DNA of 64,000 nt, taken from Camelus dromedarius. Taxonomy: Eukaryota. Positions 1-12,456 of this stretch are shown here, one piece after another (position 1 is the first letter of the stretch; every line of letters begins with the position of its first letter). Location of the stretch: positions 35,218,001 to 35,282,000 of the forward strand of contig NC_087437.1 of assembly GCF_036321535.1 (NCBI RefSeq). The letters run 5' to 3'. Both the position numbers and the translations under genes were made by a program. The notes under the pieces were generated by a model. That model was given only the letters and a program-made list of their open reading frames with translations, was not told the DNA's origin and did not search any database.

Positions 1-1188
1 TGGGAACCTAAGTCATACATGGAAGATAATGAAAATATTATGTAAATATTGAAGAGAACCTACTAAAAACAATCTGTAATGGACTTTTTCATCAATTTAA
101 TTGAATAAAATTCATCTTGCTTAGGAGTGACTTTTTAAAAATAATGCCTGTAATAGTCACTGTGCAATTTTTTTCACTTGGCATCTAGTTCAGACTTTAA
201 TAATGGGGCTCTAGAAGTGATCAGCTTTTCTCTGGGTACTAATCAATATTGAAAAGAGCATATACAATCTGAAATTACAAGAAATGAGAAAGTTAGTCTT
301 TCCTCCCATACCCCACGACCTTGCAAATGACTCTTTGTGCCAAAAATTACATCAGTATTTGGACTGAATTCCTAAAGTAAATCAAATGATGTTGAATCAT
401 ACTAAAGCTTCATTCCATTAGGCAATCACGCGGGAAGGTTAATTTTCAAAATAAAGTTAGAGAAAACTGGTTGTAGATGGTAAGTTTCATAGGGCGGTGC
501 TTATCTTTTGAAACTGGCAGGTGTGTCCTCACCATGTAGTATTGATCATTAATCTTAATTTTACTAAGATCACTAGTAATTATGGGTGTGCATTCATCAC
601 CGTATAAAACAAGTCTACTTTGTTAATAAGCTGGCCTTGGTTTTTCCAAAAATACTTTTATTTGCCCCGAATGTCATGAGTCATATTTCTCTGCAAATGG
701 AATCCTGTGTTTGCTTCTTCACACATGACTTTCCTGCAGTCATTCTCTCCCATATTCTCATAGCTGCTTTGGACTTGACGTCAAATCTTTGAGAACTGGT
801 TAGGTGGGTATTTTGTTTAATGAGATAATGAAAATTTCTCTTTGGAACAAAGGTGAACTGGCAAGTTAGGAAGCTAAAAGCTAGTGAAGAAACTCTTGAA
901 TTCAAAAATTCTGCTTCTGAGAAAATAGATGTCAAGGAGTCATATTTTGTAAAATATTGAACAGATGGATTTTGTTTTGTCTTTCACCCTTAAGCTGATA
1001 TTCCACCAGGTGTATCCTGGTCAGAACAGAAGATAAAGAGGAGAGCCCATCCTCGTGCTAGGAAGGATGTACCAGAGGCAGAGGGAGCACCTGGTGACAA
1101 AGTGTCTGTGTGACCCAAAGTGCTGAGTGTGGAGACATTTTAGGTAGAGTGAGGGCAGAGGTGGAAGAAAACTAGCTTTTGGCCCATT

Positions 1189-1342
1189 TCTTCTTTTTTA
1201 TTTTATTTATTTATTTTTGCAGGGGGGAGGGAGGTAATTAGGTTTATCTCTTTATTTACTTTAAGATGAGGTCCTGGGGATTGAACCCAAGACCTTGTGC
1301 ATGCTAAAGTATGCACTCTACCACTTGAGCTATACCCTCCCC
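1189..1342 (-). mobile_element. vic-1-type camelid tRNA-derived SINE, full length with tail
   Basis: Reverse complement reads GGGGAGGGTATAGCTCAAGTGGTAGAG...GGGTTCAATCCCCAG (A and B boxes), then AAACCTAATTACCTCCC and an A-rich tail. Confidence 0.88.
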
Positions 1343-2275
1343 ACAATCTTTCCTTGAGACAAGGAGCTGTCACAGAGTGATTCTTCCCATTACCGTGTGG
1401 GCAGCTACAGGGACAGGTCATGGAGTGAGGGCCTGGTTCTCCAGACTATCCCTTTCTAGAATTTTCTATGAATGCTATAGAGAACTGTCTGGATTACTGA
1501 AGGCCCCAGTGGTGAACTTAATGGGAGGGTGTTGAAGTGGTAGGGGCAAAGGGACACCTAGCAAGGTAGGGTGGCCCCCCTGGGCTGGAGGTAGAATGGA
1601 AGTTGAAGGTCAGACCTCGTCAGACCCAGCTGAGAAAGACCTGACAGTTCCTCTGGCCCAGTAGACGCCAGATGGGGCTCCCCTGACCAGGAACAGGAGA
1701 TGGAAGGCAGGGATGGTGAGTAGGTGTCTGGGTCCCCACCAGCATTCGCGAGCTGCCATCTTGAAGAAGAGCAGGGGAGGGGGAGGGAGTTTAATATACT
1801 CAGGCTTCTGAGTTACCCAAAGACGCTATTTATGTAATGGTGTTTACCAGTTGAATTACATTTGTGTTTTTCTCTCTTAGAGGGGTGGGGGCCTACAAGT
1901 AATGTCAACAACTACAGAACGTAAATCAGCAGTGGGATTTCTGGGCACAACCAGGTGCAGGATGGTGGACTTTACACGGCTGCCATCCAGTCTGGGCTCC
2001 CAATCCTGGGGCCTATTCATGTAATTTACATAACTCGAATATTTACAGAGCTTCAAGAATTTTTAATTGTGAAATTATACAGTAAATTTAGGGTAGTAGA
2101 CAAGACCTTGATAATGGTATGATTGCAGTGTTTGAGCTTTTTGCTATGAGGAGGTCTGCTCTGTGACCTTGGGGAGTGCAGCCCCCTGTGGTGAGAAGGG
2201 AGGCTAGGGGGTTCGGTGTTTCCTACATGAGCCTTGAGAAGATGAGCTGGAGAAGGCTGCATGGGCATTGTCTTC

Positions 2276-2349
2276 TTTTTTTTTTAATTGAAATATAGTT
2301 GGTTTTCAATATTGTGTTAATTTCTGGTATACAGCACAGTGGTTCAGTT

Positions 2350-2389
<40 letters not shown>

Positions 2390-2404
2390 TCCTTTTCATA
2401 TTCT
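2276..2404 (-). mobile_element. Short L1 3'-end fragment (artiodactyl/camelid type) containing a (CA)n(TA)n microsatellite
   Basis: poly-T followed by aattgaaatatagttg...tttctggtatacagcacagtggttcagtta, the same motif as other L1 3' ends in this window. Confidence 0.8.
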
Positions 2405-3474
2405 GGCATCTCGTTCTTCTGCAATGCTCTTGTTGTCCACCTCCAGGTTGACTCTCCTCTCTCCTTTCATATTCAGTGGGTCCTTTATCCCTGGTTGGAA
2501 CAGCCAGATGGGCAGGTTGGGCCCAGGGACCCCAGACCCCAAGGACCTCTCAGATGAACTTTCTACCACTCAGATAACTGTAGCCACCCCAGATGAGAGC
2601 ATGAAGCCACTTCCCACGAGGAGGGTACATTTCTTCCCTAATGCCTGCCCCAAGAGTCAAAGCAATAGGGTGATCAAAGTCTGACCAAGCAGTTTTGTTT
2701 TGTTCACTTTAGTTTATTCCTCAGTGCTGCACTGGAGAGGAACGTTCCTTGTTTTTTAGGAAACTATCCCTTCTCCCTCCTTTTAAGTGATTTTGACTAA
2801 TCTGATCTTCACTGTCAAGTATGAGAATGAACGTACACACCTCCATTGGGAAATTTCAAGTTATATTAATCTTGTAGGAGATTATTCATGAATTTGTGCT
2901 ACTCAGATGCCACACCCTTCTATTTTCCCATGAAAGACACATGATGTGGAGTGGGTGGTTTGTAGGCCCAAAGTAACCCATTTTATTAACTAAATGTTGC
3001 TAATTCAACAGATTCAAAAAAGAGATTTAGATAGAAAGAAAAATGCTCCTTTGAAAACCCATGGTGGGAGGAATCACTGATGCTGGCCCGGATGGCAGTG
3101 GAAATGGATATATTTTTAATATGCCTTTTTAACAATACATGTGTGGATGAAGATAATAGAATACATAGAAACAATACAAGTTCTTGAGACTGTGATCTTC
3201 AGTTAGTGTGAAGGAGCTATGAAGATGGTGGAGGAAATTCCTTCAGGCACAGTTAGACAGAAAGGCTCATTTTGCGTGTAAGTAATTCCTCCCCATAGAA
3301 TCATCTGTCCTTCAGCAAAAACTCAAGAACAGACTTCTTTCATAATTTGAGGCAACAAGGAGTGGATAAAATTTTGAGGAAGTTAATCAATTCATAATAT
3401 GTTGTCAATAAAGAAATGAGATGTAGGAAAGTTTGTTCCATTGTGTAAATTTTTTTTCTTGTAGTTGATGTGGA

Positions 3475-4205
3475 AATTTTAAAAAAATGAAGTATAGTTG
3501 ACGTACAATATTATATAAATTACAGGTGTACAATATAATGATACACAACTTTTGAAGGTTAATTCCATTTATAGTTATTATAAAATATTGGCTATATTTT
3601 CAATGTTGTATGCTCTATCCTTGTAGGTTAGTTTATGCCTAATAGCTTGTACCTGTTAATCCATGCCCCTATGTTGCCCCTCTCCCTTCTGTCTCCCCAT
3701 TGGTAACCAGTAATTTGTTCTCTATATCTGTGATTCTTCTGCTTTTTTGTTATATTCTTTACTAGTGTGTTGTATTTTTTAGAATCCACATGAGTGATAT
3801 CATACAGTATTTGTCTTTCTCTGTCTGATTTATTTCACTTAGCATAATGTCCTCCAAGTCCATCTATGTTGCTACAAATGGCAAGATTTTATTCTTTTTT
3901 ATGGCCGAGTAATATTCCATTGTATATACATACCACAATACATACCACATCTTCTTTATCTGTTCATCTGTTGATAGACACTTAGATTGCTTCCATATCT
4001 TGGCAATTATAAATAATGCTGCTATAAACATTGGGGTGAATGTATCTTTTCAAATTAGTGGTTTTTTCCCCCCAATATATACCCAGGAGTGGAATTAAGT
4101 CATATGGTACTTCCATTTTTAGTTTTTTGAGAAACTTCCATACTGTTTTGCTCAGTGGAAATTACATTCCCACCAATAGTATGTGAGGGTTCCCTTTTCT
4201 CTCAC
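3475..4205 (-). mobile_element. L1 3' end / ORF2 terminal fragment
   Basis: Typical L1 3' motifs: ttatttcacttagcataatgtcctccaagtccatc, ggcaagattttattctttttt, acccaggagtggaatt, attcccaccaatagt. Confidence 0.88.
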
Positions 4206-4420
4206 TGTGAAATAATTTTTATGTGCTAACTCAGTGCTTAGCACATAGTATTTACTGAACAAATAATTGAATTATGTTCATAGCATACAAGAAAGTAAGT
4301 TTCCTAAAACCAACACTCAACAGCCACGTGATCCCAGGGCTACCCAACTGACCCCAATTCCGCTGTATCCACTATGGCATGCCACCTCCCCTGATTAAGC
4401 AAGGATGTACATTGGATGTA

Positions 4421-4750
4421 TGAGTGGCCCTCTGTATCTGTTGGTTCTGCATCCTCAGGTTCTACATCCATTGATTCAACCAACAGCAGATTGAAAATAT
4501 TGGGAAAAAATTTTCAGAAAGTTCCAAAAAGCAAAACTTGAATTTTCTGTGAGCCAGCAACTATTTACATAGCATTTATGTTGTATTAGGTATTATAAGT
4601 AGTCTAGAGATGACTTAAAGTATATGGGAGGATGTGTAAAGTATACAGGAGAGTATATGCAAATTTAGCACTATTTTATATAATGAACTTGAGCATCTGT
4701 GGATTTTGGTGTCAGCAGGGGTCCCCCCCATAGATGCCAAGGGACAACTG
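4421..4750 (-). mobile_element. MER2-like Tigger (TcMar) DNA transposon
   Basis: Matches the recalled MER2 consensus in reverse (ttcaaccaac..gaaaatatt; taggtattataagta..ctagagatga; gagcatctgtggattttggt; gggacaactg), flanked by TA. Confidence 0.75.
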
Positions 4751-4796
4751 TATTATGGTTTGGTGTGTGTTGCCAAGAGTGAAAATGTCTAGGGGT

Positions 4797-4891
4797 AGAG
4801 TTGCCAAATGAAATACAGGATATCCAGTTAAATTCCAATTTCAGATAAACATCAAGCATTTTTTCAGTATAAGGGTGTCTTAAATATTATC
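4797..4891 (+). mobile_element. MER53-like hAT MITE, one arm only
   Basis: gttgccaaatgaaatacaggatatccagttaaattccaatttcagataaacatc...tagtataag-like pattern. Confidence 0.65.
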
Positions 4892-5334
4892 ATGTGGTTC
4901 CTGCCAGCTCCGGCGCTTCATTCTTTCTTTTCTGTCTTCATTCTCATTAGTTCCTTCACTCAGCATATGCTTGATTGGGCAGTTTCTCTGTGTGCTGTTT
5001 TCCTGGTGTTGGGGGGAAGAGGTGACAAAATGGATGTTTGCTTCCTGGAGGAGAAGTGAATCAGGTAAAGAAATACCTCACAGACTTTCAGAAATGGCGA
5101 GGGCATCCCAGCAAAGCAAAGGAAATGAAGGGATGGTGGACACAGTGGAGACTGCATGGTTAAGTCTGTGTTCAGGAAAGACATCTCTGAGATGGTGATG
5201 TGTGATTAAAGGACACAATGATGTAAAAATGTGAGTCACATAGAGATCTAGGACAAAACTGCCTGATCAGAGAGGACAGCAAGTATGCCGGGAATCTAAT
5301 ACCATTTAGAAAGGTTTAGGTTTTACTCTAAGAA

Positions 5335-6550
5335 ATTGAGTATAGTTCCCTGTGCTATACAATAGGCACTTGTTGTTTCTGTATTTTATGTATAGTAATG
5401 CGTGTCTGTTAATCCCCAACCCCTGATTTACTCCTCCCCACCCTTTCCCCTTTGGTAATCATAGTTTGTTTTCTATGTCCATGAGCTTATTTTTTGGTTT
5501 GTAAATAGAATTTGTATCATTTTTTAAAAGATTCCACATATAAGTGATATCATATGATAGTTGTCTTTCTCTTTCTGACTTATTTCACTCAATATGATAA
5601 TCTCTAGGTCCATCCATGTTGCTGCAAATGGCATTATTTCATTCTTTTTTATGGCTGAGTAGTATTCCAGTGTATATATATGACATATCTTTATCTAGTC
5701 ATCTGTGTGATGGACATTTAGGTTATTTCCATGTCTTGGCTGTTGTAAATAGTGCTGCTATGAACATTGGGGTGCATGTGTCTTTTTGAATTACAGTTTT
5801 CTCCAGATGTATGCCCAGGAGTGGAATTGCTGGATAAGGTAACTCTATTTTTAGTTTTTTAAGGAAACTTCATACTGTTGTCCATAGTGGCTGCACCAAA
5901 TTACATTCCCACCAATAGTGTAGGAGAGTTCCCTTTTTTCCATACCCTCTCCAGCATCTATTATTTATAGACTTTTTAATGATGGCCATTCTGACTGGTG
6001 TGAGGTGATATCTCATTGTAGTTTTTAAATTTTTATTTTGTTTTTTGTATGTAGATATTTATTGAAGTATCATCGGTTTACAATGTTGTGTCAATTTCTG
6101 GTGTACAGTAATGCTTCAGTCATAAATGAACATACATATATTCTTTTTTACATTCTTTTTCACTGTAAGTTACTACAAGATATTGAATATAGTTCCTTGT
6201 GCTATACAGTATGAACTTGTTTATCTATTTTGTATATATTAGTTAGTATCTGCAAATCTTGAACTCACAACTTATCCCTTCCCACCTCATTGTAGTTTTG
6301 ATTCACATTTCTCTAATAATTAGCAATATTGAGCATCTTTTCATGTGCCTGTTGGCCATCCATATGTCTTCTTTGAAGAAATATCTATTTAAGTCTTCTG
6401 CCCATTTTTTAATTGGGTTGTTTGGGGGTTTTTGATATTAAGCTGTATGAGCTGTTTGTATATTTTAGAAATCAGTCCCTTGTCGGTTGTGTCATTTGTA
6501 AACATTTTCTCCCATTCCATGGATTGTCTTTTTCTTTTGTTTATGGTTTC
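5335..6550 (-). mobile_element. L1 3' portion interrupted by a younger nested L1 3' end (6026-6285)
   Basis: Continuous L1 3'UTR/ORF2 motifs on both sides of the insert; the insert is flanked by the 14-bp TSD CTCATTGTAGTTTT (6012-6025 and 6286-6299). Confidence 0.9.
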
Positions 6551-6699
6551 CATCTATCATTTCTCCTCTCTTTTGAAAACCCTCTCTTGACCTCATATCA
6601 TTCTCTAGCTATTGCTTCCTTTCTGGGTCCCCCTTTCTATCAAAATTCCTTGAATTAACTGTTTACACTTGCTGGCTCCTGTATCATGTTTTATCTCTG

Positions 6700-7030
6700 T
6701 GATGCTCTCTGATCAGGCTTCTGAGCTCCTTAAGCTCTCTGCTCAGACATTAAAGCGTGTGTGGTCTCCAATGGCCACTATTTAAAATAGTATCTCTGTG
6801 GCCCCAGTGTGTTCTGTCTCCCTTCCCAGCCTTATCTTCCTCTCAGCACCTGTAACCTTCTCATGTGTATAGATAACATGAGATGTGTTGGTATATGCTC
6901 CTTGCCCCACCTCTCCAGTGTGTAATCTCCTTGAGGTCAGGGATCTGTATTTTCTTCATTACTGTATTTGTAGGCCCCAGAAGAATGCTCTGCAAATACA
7001 GGTGATCAACAAATATTTATTGAATGAAAA
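6700..7030 (+). mobile_element. L2 3'-end fragment
   Basis: tctccttgaggtcagggatctgt...caacaaatatttattgaatgaa terminus. Confidence 0.7.
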
Positions 7031-7500
7031 AAATCATGCTTTATCATTTAGTACACAATCAGCCAATAAGATAAAATATTTGGAATCATGAATTAATCTA
7101 GTTGCCTTTCAAGAAGCTTTGCAGGAGTCAATTGCTTTTCCTCAATTTATACAAGCGGTTTATGAAGTTTCAATTATGAACCATACTGTAAACACAAATC
7201 TATAGTAATGCTAGTTTCAGTAAATCTATGTAATAATGAACGCTAATAAAGGGATAGATTTTGTGTGAAGTACTGATTATGGTAATGATGACGGAAATTC
7301 CATTTGTACGTTTTCTTGTGTTGAAACAAATTACATAGAACAATTTTAAATAGTTATTTTAATATAATAATGTGTTTTTTACATACTGAAGTATTTATAA
7401 CTCTTTACTCCTTGCAAGTATTTTTCAGAAAAATACTTCCTAGGGAACACAAATTGAGCAGTCTCTGTGCTGCAGAAGCCAGAGAATATTAGATGAGCTA

Positions 7501-7534
7501 ATGTTGCCCTCTAGTGGAAAATATGAGACATGCA
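7501..7534 (-). promoter_or_regulatory. Candidate CTCF binding site (core plus possible upstream module)
   Basis: Minus strand reads TGCATGTCTC-atatt-TTCCACTAGAGGGCAACAT; the core CCACTAGAGGGCA is a close match to the CTCF consensus. Confidence 0.6.
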
Positions 7535-9345
7535 ATGGTGGAATCTGATGCTCATAAAAGACTGTTATTCTAGTCCGGGGAATGTCTAGGGATTGAATAC
7601 TTCCAATTTATCACTTGCTTTTATAGTGTTGAGTTAAAAATTTTAATTTAATATTTAAAATCTTAATTATATAATAGACTCGAATAAGCAATGTGCAAAA
7701 AACATACATAACCAATTAACTTTTTTAAAAAATTGTTCATATTAAGCAATCAAAAAAACATAGATTAAGAGAGGTATACCTTTTTATCATCAAGTCAGTA
7801 AAAAGTTTGAAAAGGAAAGTGAAGGTGTGAGCAAAGAGGTATTTACATTGTTGGTAGGAGCATGATTGTTACTGGGTTCTTAATCTGGAATCCCTTTTTT
7901 GAGGAGAGGTTCCCTAAAATTGTATAAAGATCTTTGTGTCTATTTGTCTTTTTTTCTGAGGAGAGGTGAAATTTCCATTAGATTCTCAAAGCCCACACTC
8001 CCAAATGTTAACACGTTTGAATTATTTCTGGGGTTGCGTTGGGGGCGGGAATTGGCAATCTGTGCCAAAAAAAAGTTCTCGGGTATGTTCATTCCATCAT
8101 TGTTGTAACATTTCAAGCTGCAAACCACCTAAATGCTCTATATTGGGAAGTTTCAAATTAATCACCTTCCAGCCCTAGGAGGGGGTCACTATGGCTATTA
8201 GCAATCTAGCTATAGAATTAGTGATTCTCTCACTAGTTAATTTTATTAGTAAGGGAACTAGTGAGGCAAGCTGGGAAGGGAAGGAACAATTCCTGAACCT
8301 GATTTTTATTTTTTTAAACGCTAGTCACCAAACAGAATTTCTCCAATACAATGGCACCATTGAAAGCCTTGATTAAGTCCTTCTTTCGATTTGATATTGT
8401 GTTTTAGGCACAAACCTGCCTTCTTGATCCTCAGCAGAGGTGGGGGTGGGCAGGGTGCACATAATAGTATTGTGAGAACAGTGCATTGCTTATAGAGATA
8501 ATATTCCTCCTAAAGAGGAATTGTGACTCTGGAACACAGTGAGTGCAGCAGTTACAACGAATGAAACAGCTACTAATAGGGCAGGATCTTCAAGACACAA
8601 GGTAAAGAGAAAAGAAAAGGGCAGGAGCTGGACAGTCCTGCTATCTTTGGTGTGAGTTTACATGTGTCTTTGTTTTTGATTGTGGAGACCAACAACCCTG
8701 GCAGCCTCCAGGGATGGGAAGTGAGTGGCTGGAGGTACAGAGGGAGATTTTATTTTTATGGTGAAGTTTTGTGCATCTTGGTCTCCACCATTGAAAAAAA
8801 ATTCCACCTACAGTTCACTATCAAATTACAGAAACAGAAAACCACAATAAAAAAATCTGTCCAAAGAAAATTTTGTCACAGCAAAAATGCTCCCAGGCCT
8901 CAGAGTTTGGCTCCGTTGCTTTGAGCAACATAAAAATGTTTATGTAGTTAGTTGAAACCCATCCTTAGGCTTTTGGTCAAGTCGTGCCATTTTAAAAATT
9001 CCCTGTCGCAGGGTTTCTGAAATCTCGTCTGATCAATTAAATGATTTTAAGCTGAATGATTAATAGATGAAATAATGTAATAGATGAAAGTAAATAATAC
9101 ATTTAAGACATTGATGGTGGGGTTTCTACTTTAAAAAATAATTTAGATAAAATCCTGTAAAGATTCACTGTTCTGTGGGAAGATAAGAGCCTTTCTCTTA
9201 TACACATAAAGTTACACATTTCATGCTCCAGGGCAGATGGCTTGTAATATAAAAAGGCTGACAATCAGTTATAATTAGGTCCTTCTTGTTTCCTTTGGAG
9301 TTTGAAGTCCAGAAGGCTCATGGAAATGGTGAGAGTCTTACAGCC

Positions 9346-9797
9346 TATTATGGGTTGAATTGATCACCCTTTTTGCCCCAATTCATATGTTGAAGTCCTA
9401 ACCATCCCCCACCTCCAACAATGTGACCTTATTTGGAAAACATGTCCTTGCAGATGTAATTAGTTAGATGAGCTCATACTGCAATAGAGTGGGCTTTAAC
9501 CCAATAATACTAGTATCCTTATAAAAATGGGGAAATTGGACACAGACATGTGCACAGGAAGAACACCATGTGAAGATAATTGCAGAGATTGGGGTGATGG
9601 TTCTGCAGTCCAAGGAATGCCAAAGATTGCTAGCAAAACACCAGAAGCTAGGGAGAGGCAAGAAGCAGATTCTTCCTCCCAGCCCTTGGAAGGAACGAAC
9701 CCCACCGACACCTTGATCTTGAACTTCTAGCGTCCAGAATTGTGAGTTCTGGGGAAACAGGAAGTTCTGTTTAAGCCACGCTAGCAAACAAATATAC
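9346..9797 (+). mobile_element. MaLR solo LTR (MLT1C-like)
   Basis: tatgggttgaatt..aattcatatgttgaagtcctaacc, aatgtgaccttatttggaaa, caccagaagctagggagaggc, gacaccttgatcttgaacttctag. Confidence 0.85.
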
Positions 9798-10009
9798 CTC
9801 CTAATCCAAATGAAACCAAGCAGCAAAATAATCCTGGAAAAGAGAAGGCAGACCAGTCTAGAGTGGCCTTTTAAAAATTTATAACTTTTTTTTTTAATAG
9901 TAAAAGAAGACTGTGCAAACAGCAAAAATGAGAGAATCCAGTTCCCAAAGCATCAAGAGCTTAACAGGTGTAACTGACTGGGCAGCTGGGGCTGTAACTG
10001 GTGCTGGGG

Positions 10010-10180
10010 TCTTCACTTAGATTATCTTTAATCTCGCAACTATGCAAAGTTAATGTAATTCTTTCTGCTTTGCAGAGAAGGAAACCGAGCCTCAGAGGAA
10101 CAAGTGATGATCACAAGGCAGCAGAAGTGGTAAGTCATGAATTCAAGATTTGGACCCAGCATTCAGAATTGCTAGACTGT
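10010..10180 (-). mobile_element. MIR fragment
   Basis: ttgcagagaaggaaaccgagcctcagagg..aagtgatg..cacaaggc core in reverse orientation. Confidence 0.6.
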
Positions 10181-10336
10181 AAGTTCATGTACTATAATTT
10201 TGAAATGCTTATTCCAACCTTTGTTAAGTATGCAGGATTTACCCATTGTTTTAGATAAAATGTGGAGTGGTGAAGATGGCACTGAGGACAGGTTGAATGG
10301 TGGTCCAGTCTCTAGAACCTCAACAAAGGGGCTACA

Positions 10337-10339
<3 letters not shown>

Positions 10340-10376
<37 letters not shown>
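10340..10376. repeat. (TG)n microsatellite
   Basis: About 18 uninterrupted TG units. Confidence 0.95.
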
Positions 10377-10380
<4 letters not shown>

Positions 10381-10444
10381 TAGATGGTGGTAGTCTGAGC
10401 TTGTGGTAACAGGGAGAAGTGACCCTAATAAAACTGATGTTGCT

Positions 10445-10532
10445 GGGGGGAGGGTGTAGCTCATAGAGTGCATGCATGAGATCCTGGGTTCAATCCCCAG
10501 TATCTACATTTAAAAACAAAACAAAACAAAGC
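10445..10532 (+). mobile_element. vic-1-type SINE (short, internally deleted) with TSD
   Basis: GGGGAGGGTGTAGCTCA...CCTGGGTTCAATCCCCAG, (CAAAA)n tail; TSD AAAACTGATGTT at 10430-10441 and 10533-10544. Confidence 0.88.
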
Positions 10533-12324
10533 AAAACTGATGTTTTCTATGAGACTGAAGACTATGGCCAAAAATGTTTAATGTATTTTCCATCATTTTA
10601 AGGATGGGGGCGCGAAGTTCTACTCTAGGACAGCTTCAGTGGCATCTGGTGATTTTGTACCTGAAATCAACTTATTATCAATTGTCCAGACTTCCTGGGT
10701 AAGAAATATCATTTTCTCTTCCATTCACTTGTTGTACAAAATCTTTAGTTTACTTGAAATTTCTAAAATTTTTAGGACAGCCATTCAATCGAAACCCTAC
10801 AGTTTCTTACAAAATTCTTACATAATGTTAAAATTTATAATTTAATTGAATCCATATATGACATTTGACTGTGAGAAAATGAAATATACATTATAATACT
10901 TAGTGAACGTCTTGAGCAGTAGAATAAATAGTTCTCCATCTGAGCGCATCTGCCCCCTTCTAGAAGATAGGAGAAAACTTGCTTTTCTTCTTCTAACATA
11001 TGCTGTATTTTAAGGTAGAGTTTCATTTAAATGCAAAACATTGTTATTTAAAATACAAAATGAAATCTCATTTGCTTTCATCTTCTGTTATACTTTCTAA
11101 TTTAATTTTGCAACCCATCAGCCCCTTTTCCTTATTTGTGGGTAGTTACTTCATTAAAAATTGTCATTTCTGCATTAATTACAGTCTGGCAAATTTGCTG
11201 TGTGTTAACACCCCACAACAGGGTATATTTACTTACAGTCTTTCACCTATTTTGAAAGATTTATAAAGTATTCTGGCCCCAAAGACCTGACTTCTGAGCA
11301 TTATTTTCTTCTTCTTTTTTTTCCCTTTATTTCTGTTACATAACAGCATATGTGAATAAATATCAGAAGCCATTAAAAGCCTTCTCTTTGGGGAGGAAAG
11401 AGTTTCTTTAAATCACTTTTACAATAGCATTTACTGCCCTGTTTTTTTCAGGTGTGTGGTTTCCGATTCACTAACACAAGTTCTCTGATGAGCTGTCTAG
11501 GGGCCTATAACCCTGTTCCCATCTTCGGCACTGCCCAACAAGTTATTGGCCTTGCAGTGCCGCAGAGCATTTTAAACAAACCTCCTCTGTTCATCCAGGC
11601 TTGCTTTAAAAGAGCTCTGAAACCGATCCAAGCGCAGATGGCCGGGTGTCACCAGTGTTCCCAGCCGGCTGTAACTTCCACCACTGCCACCATTTTCCAC
11701 AGTGAGATTGATGGAGTGGAAAATAATAGCAATCTTCAAGGGGAGGATTCTTTCCTGCATTCTTGGTCACAGAGAACCAATCATTTAAAAACAATTTACC
11801 ACCACAGACGGGGCGCCATTTCAGAGAAACATGAAATAGAACAGAAGAAATCTGTTTTCTAATGATTCAACTCACTGGTTCCAACAAAGGCATGGCATTG
11901 GGCTATCAAGCGGCTTGTGTTTTACAGGCCTTCCCAAACTGCGCTGCGTCTGAAAACACGGAGAAGCCAGGAGGAGACCAGTGTCGAGATCGTTCTCTCT
12001 TTAAATGGTTGTCATTCATTGCCTAAATCCCAATTTTCTTAACTAAAGCAGATTGCTATTACTGAATTGTGTACTTCAATAAAAATAAAAACCGGGGTAA
12101 AAATGATTAAATTAACTCTATGAAATATTTCTTAATTTCTTACTTCTAAAGATAAAAGCTATGCCGAGGAGCCTTGAACATGAACACAGTTTTTTGGTAA
12201 ACTAACTCAAAGAATCCTCTGTGCCAAAGAAGGTAAGTCCAGTATCTTTTTAATGGGAGGCTTCAACCTCTACAGGAGAAAAGGCACCATGGGGTTACTG
12301 AAAAAGAATCCATCATCTTTTCAC

Positions 12325-12456
12325 ATGGTCTTCCCTCTGAGTCGACAGTCATCTAAAAGCCAACAAGAAAGACCTCAGAAGAAACCAACTCTGTTGACCC
12401 CTTGATCTTGGACTTCTAGCCTCCAGATTTACGGGGAAAAAAATTTCTGTTGTTTA
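12325..12456 (+). mobile_element. MLT1 LTR 3' fragment
   Basis: cctcagaagaaaccaactctgttgaccccttgatcttggacttctagcctccaga...aatttctgttgtttaa. Confidence 0.75.

Noticed and set aside
8229..8265. Perfect 10-bp inverted repeat CTCACTAGTT/AACTAGTGAG with a 17-nt spacer
   Set aside because: One or two such repeats are expected by chance in 64 kb; it is too short for a miRNA hairpin and has no TSD.
9464..9925. 153-aa and overlapping ORFs
   Set aside because: They lie largely within an MLT1 LTR and have no coding features.
11484..11530. CTGATGAG resembling a hammerhead ribozyme core
   Set aside because: No following stem II plus GAAA and no closing helices are evident.
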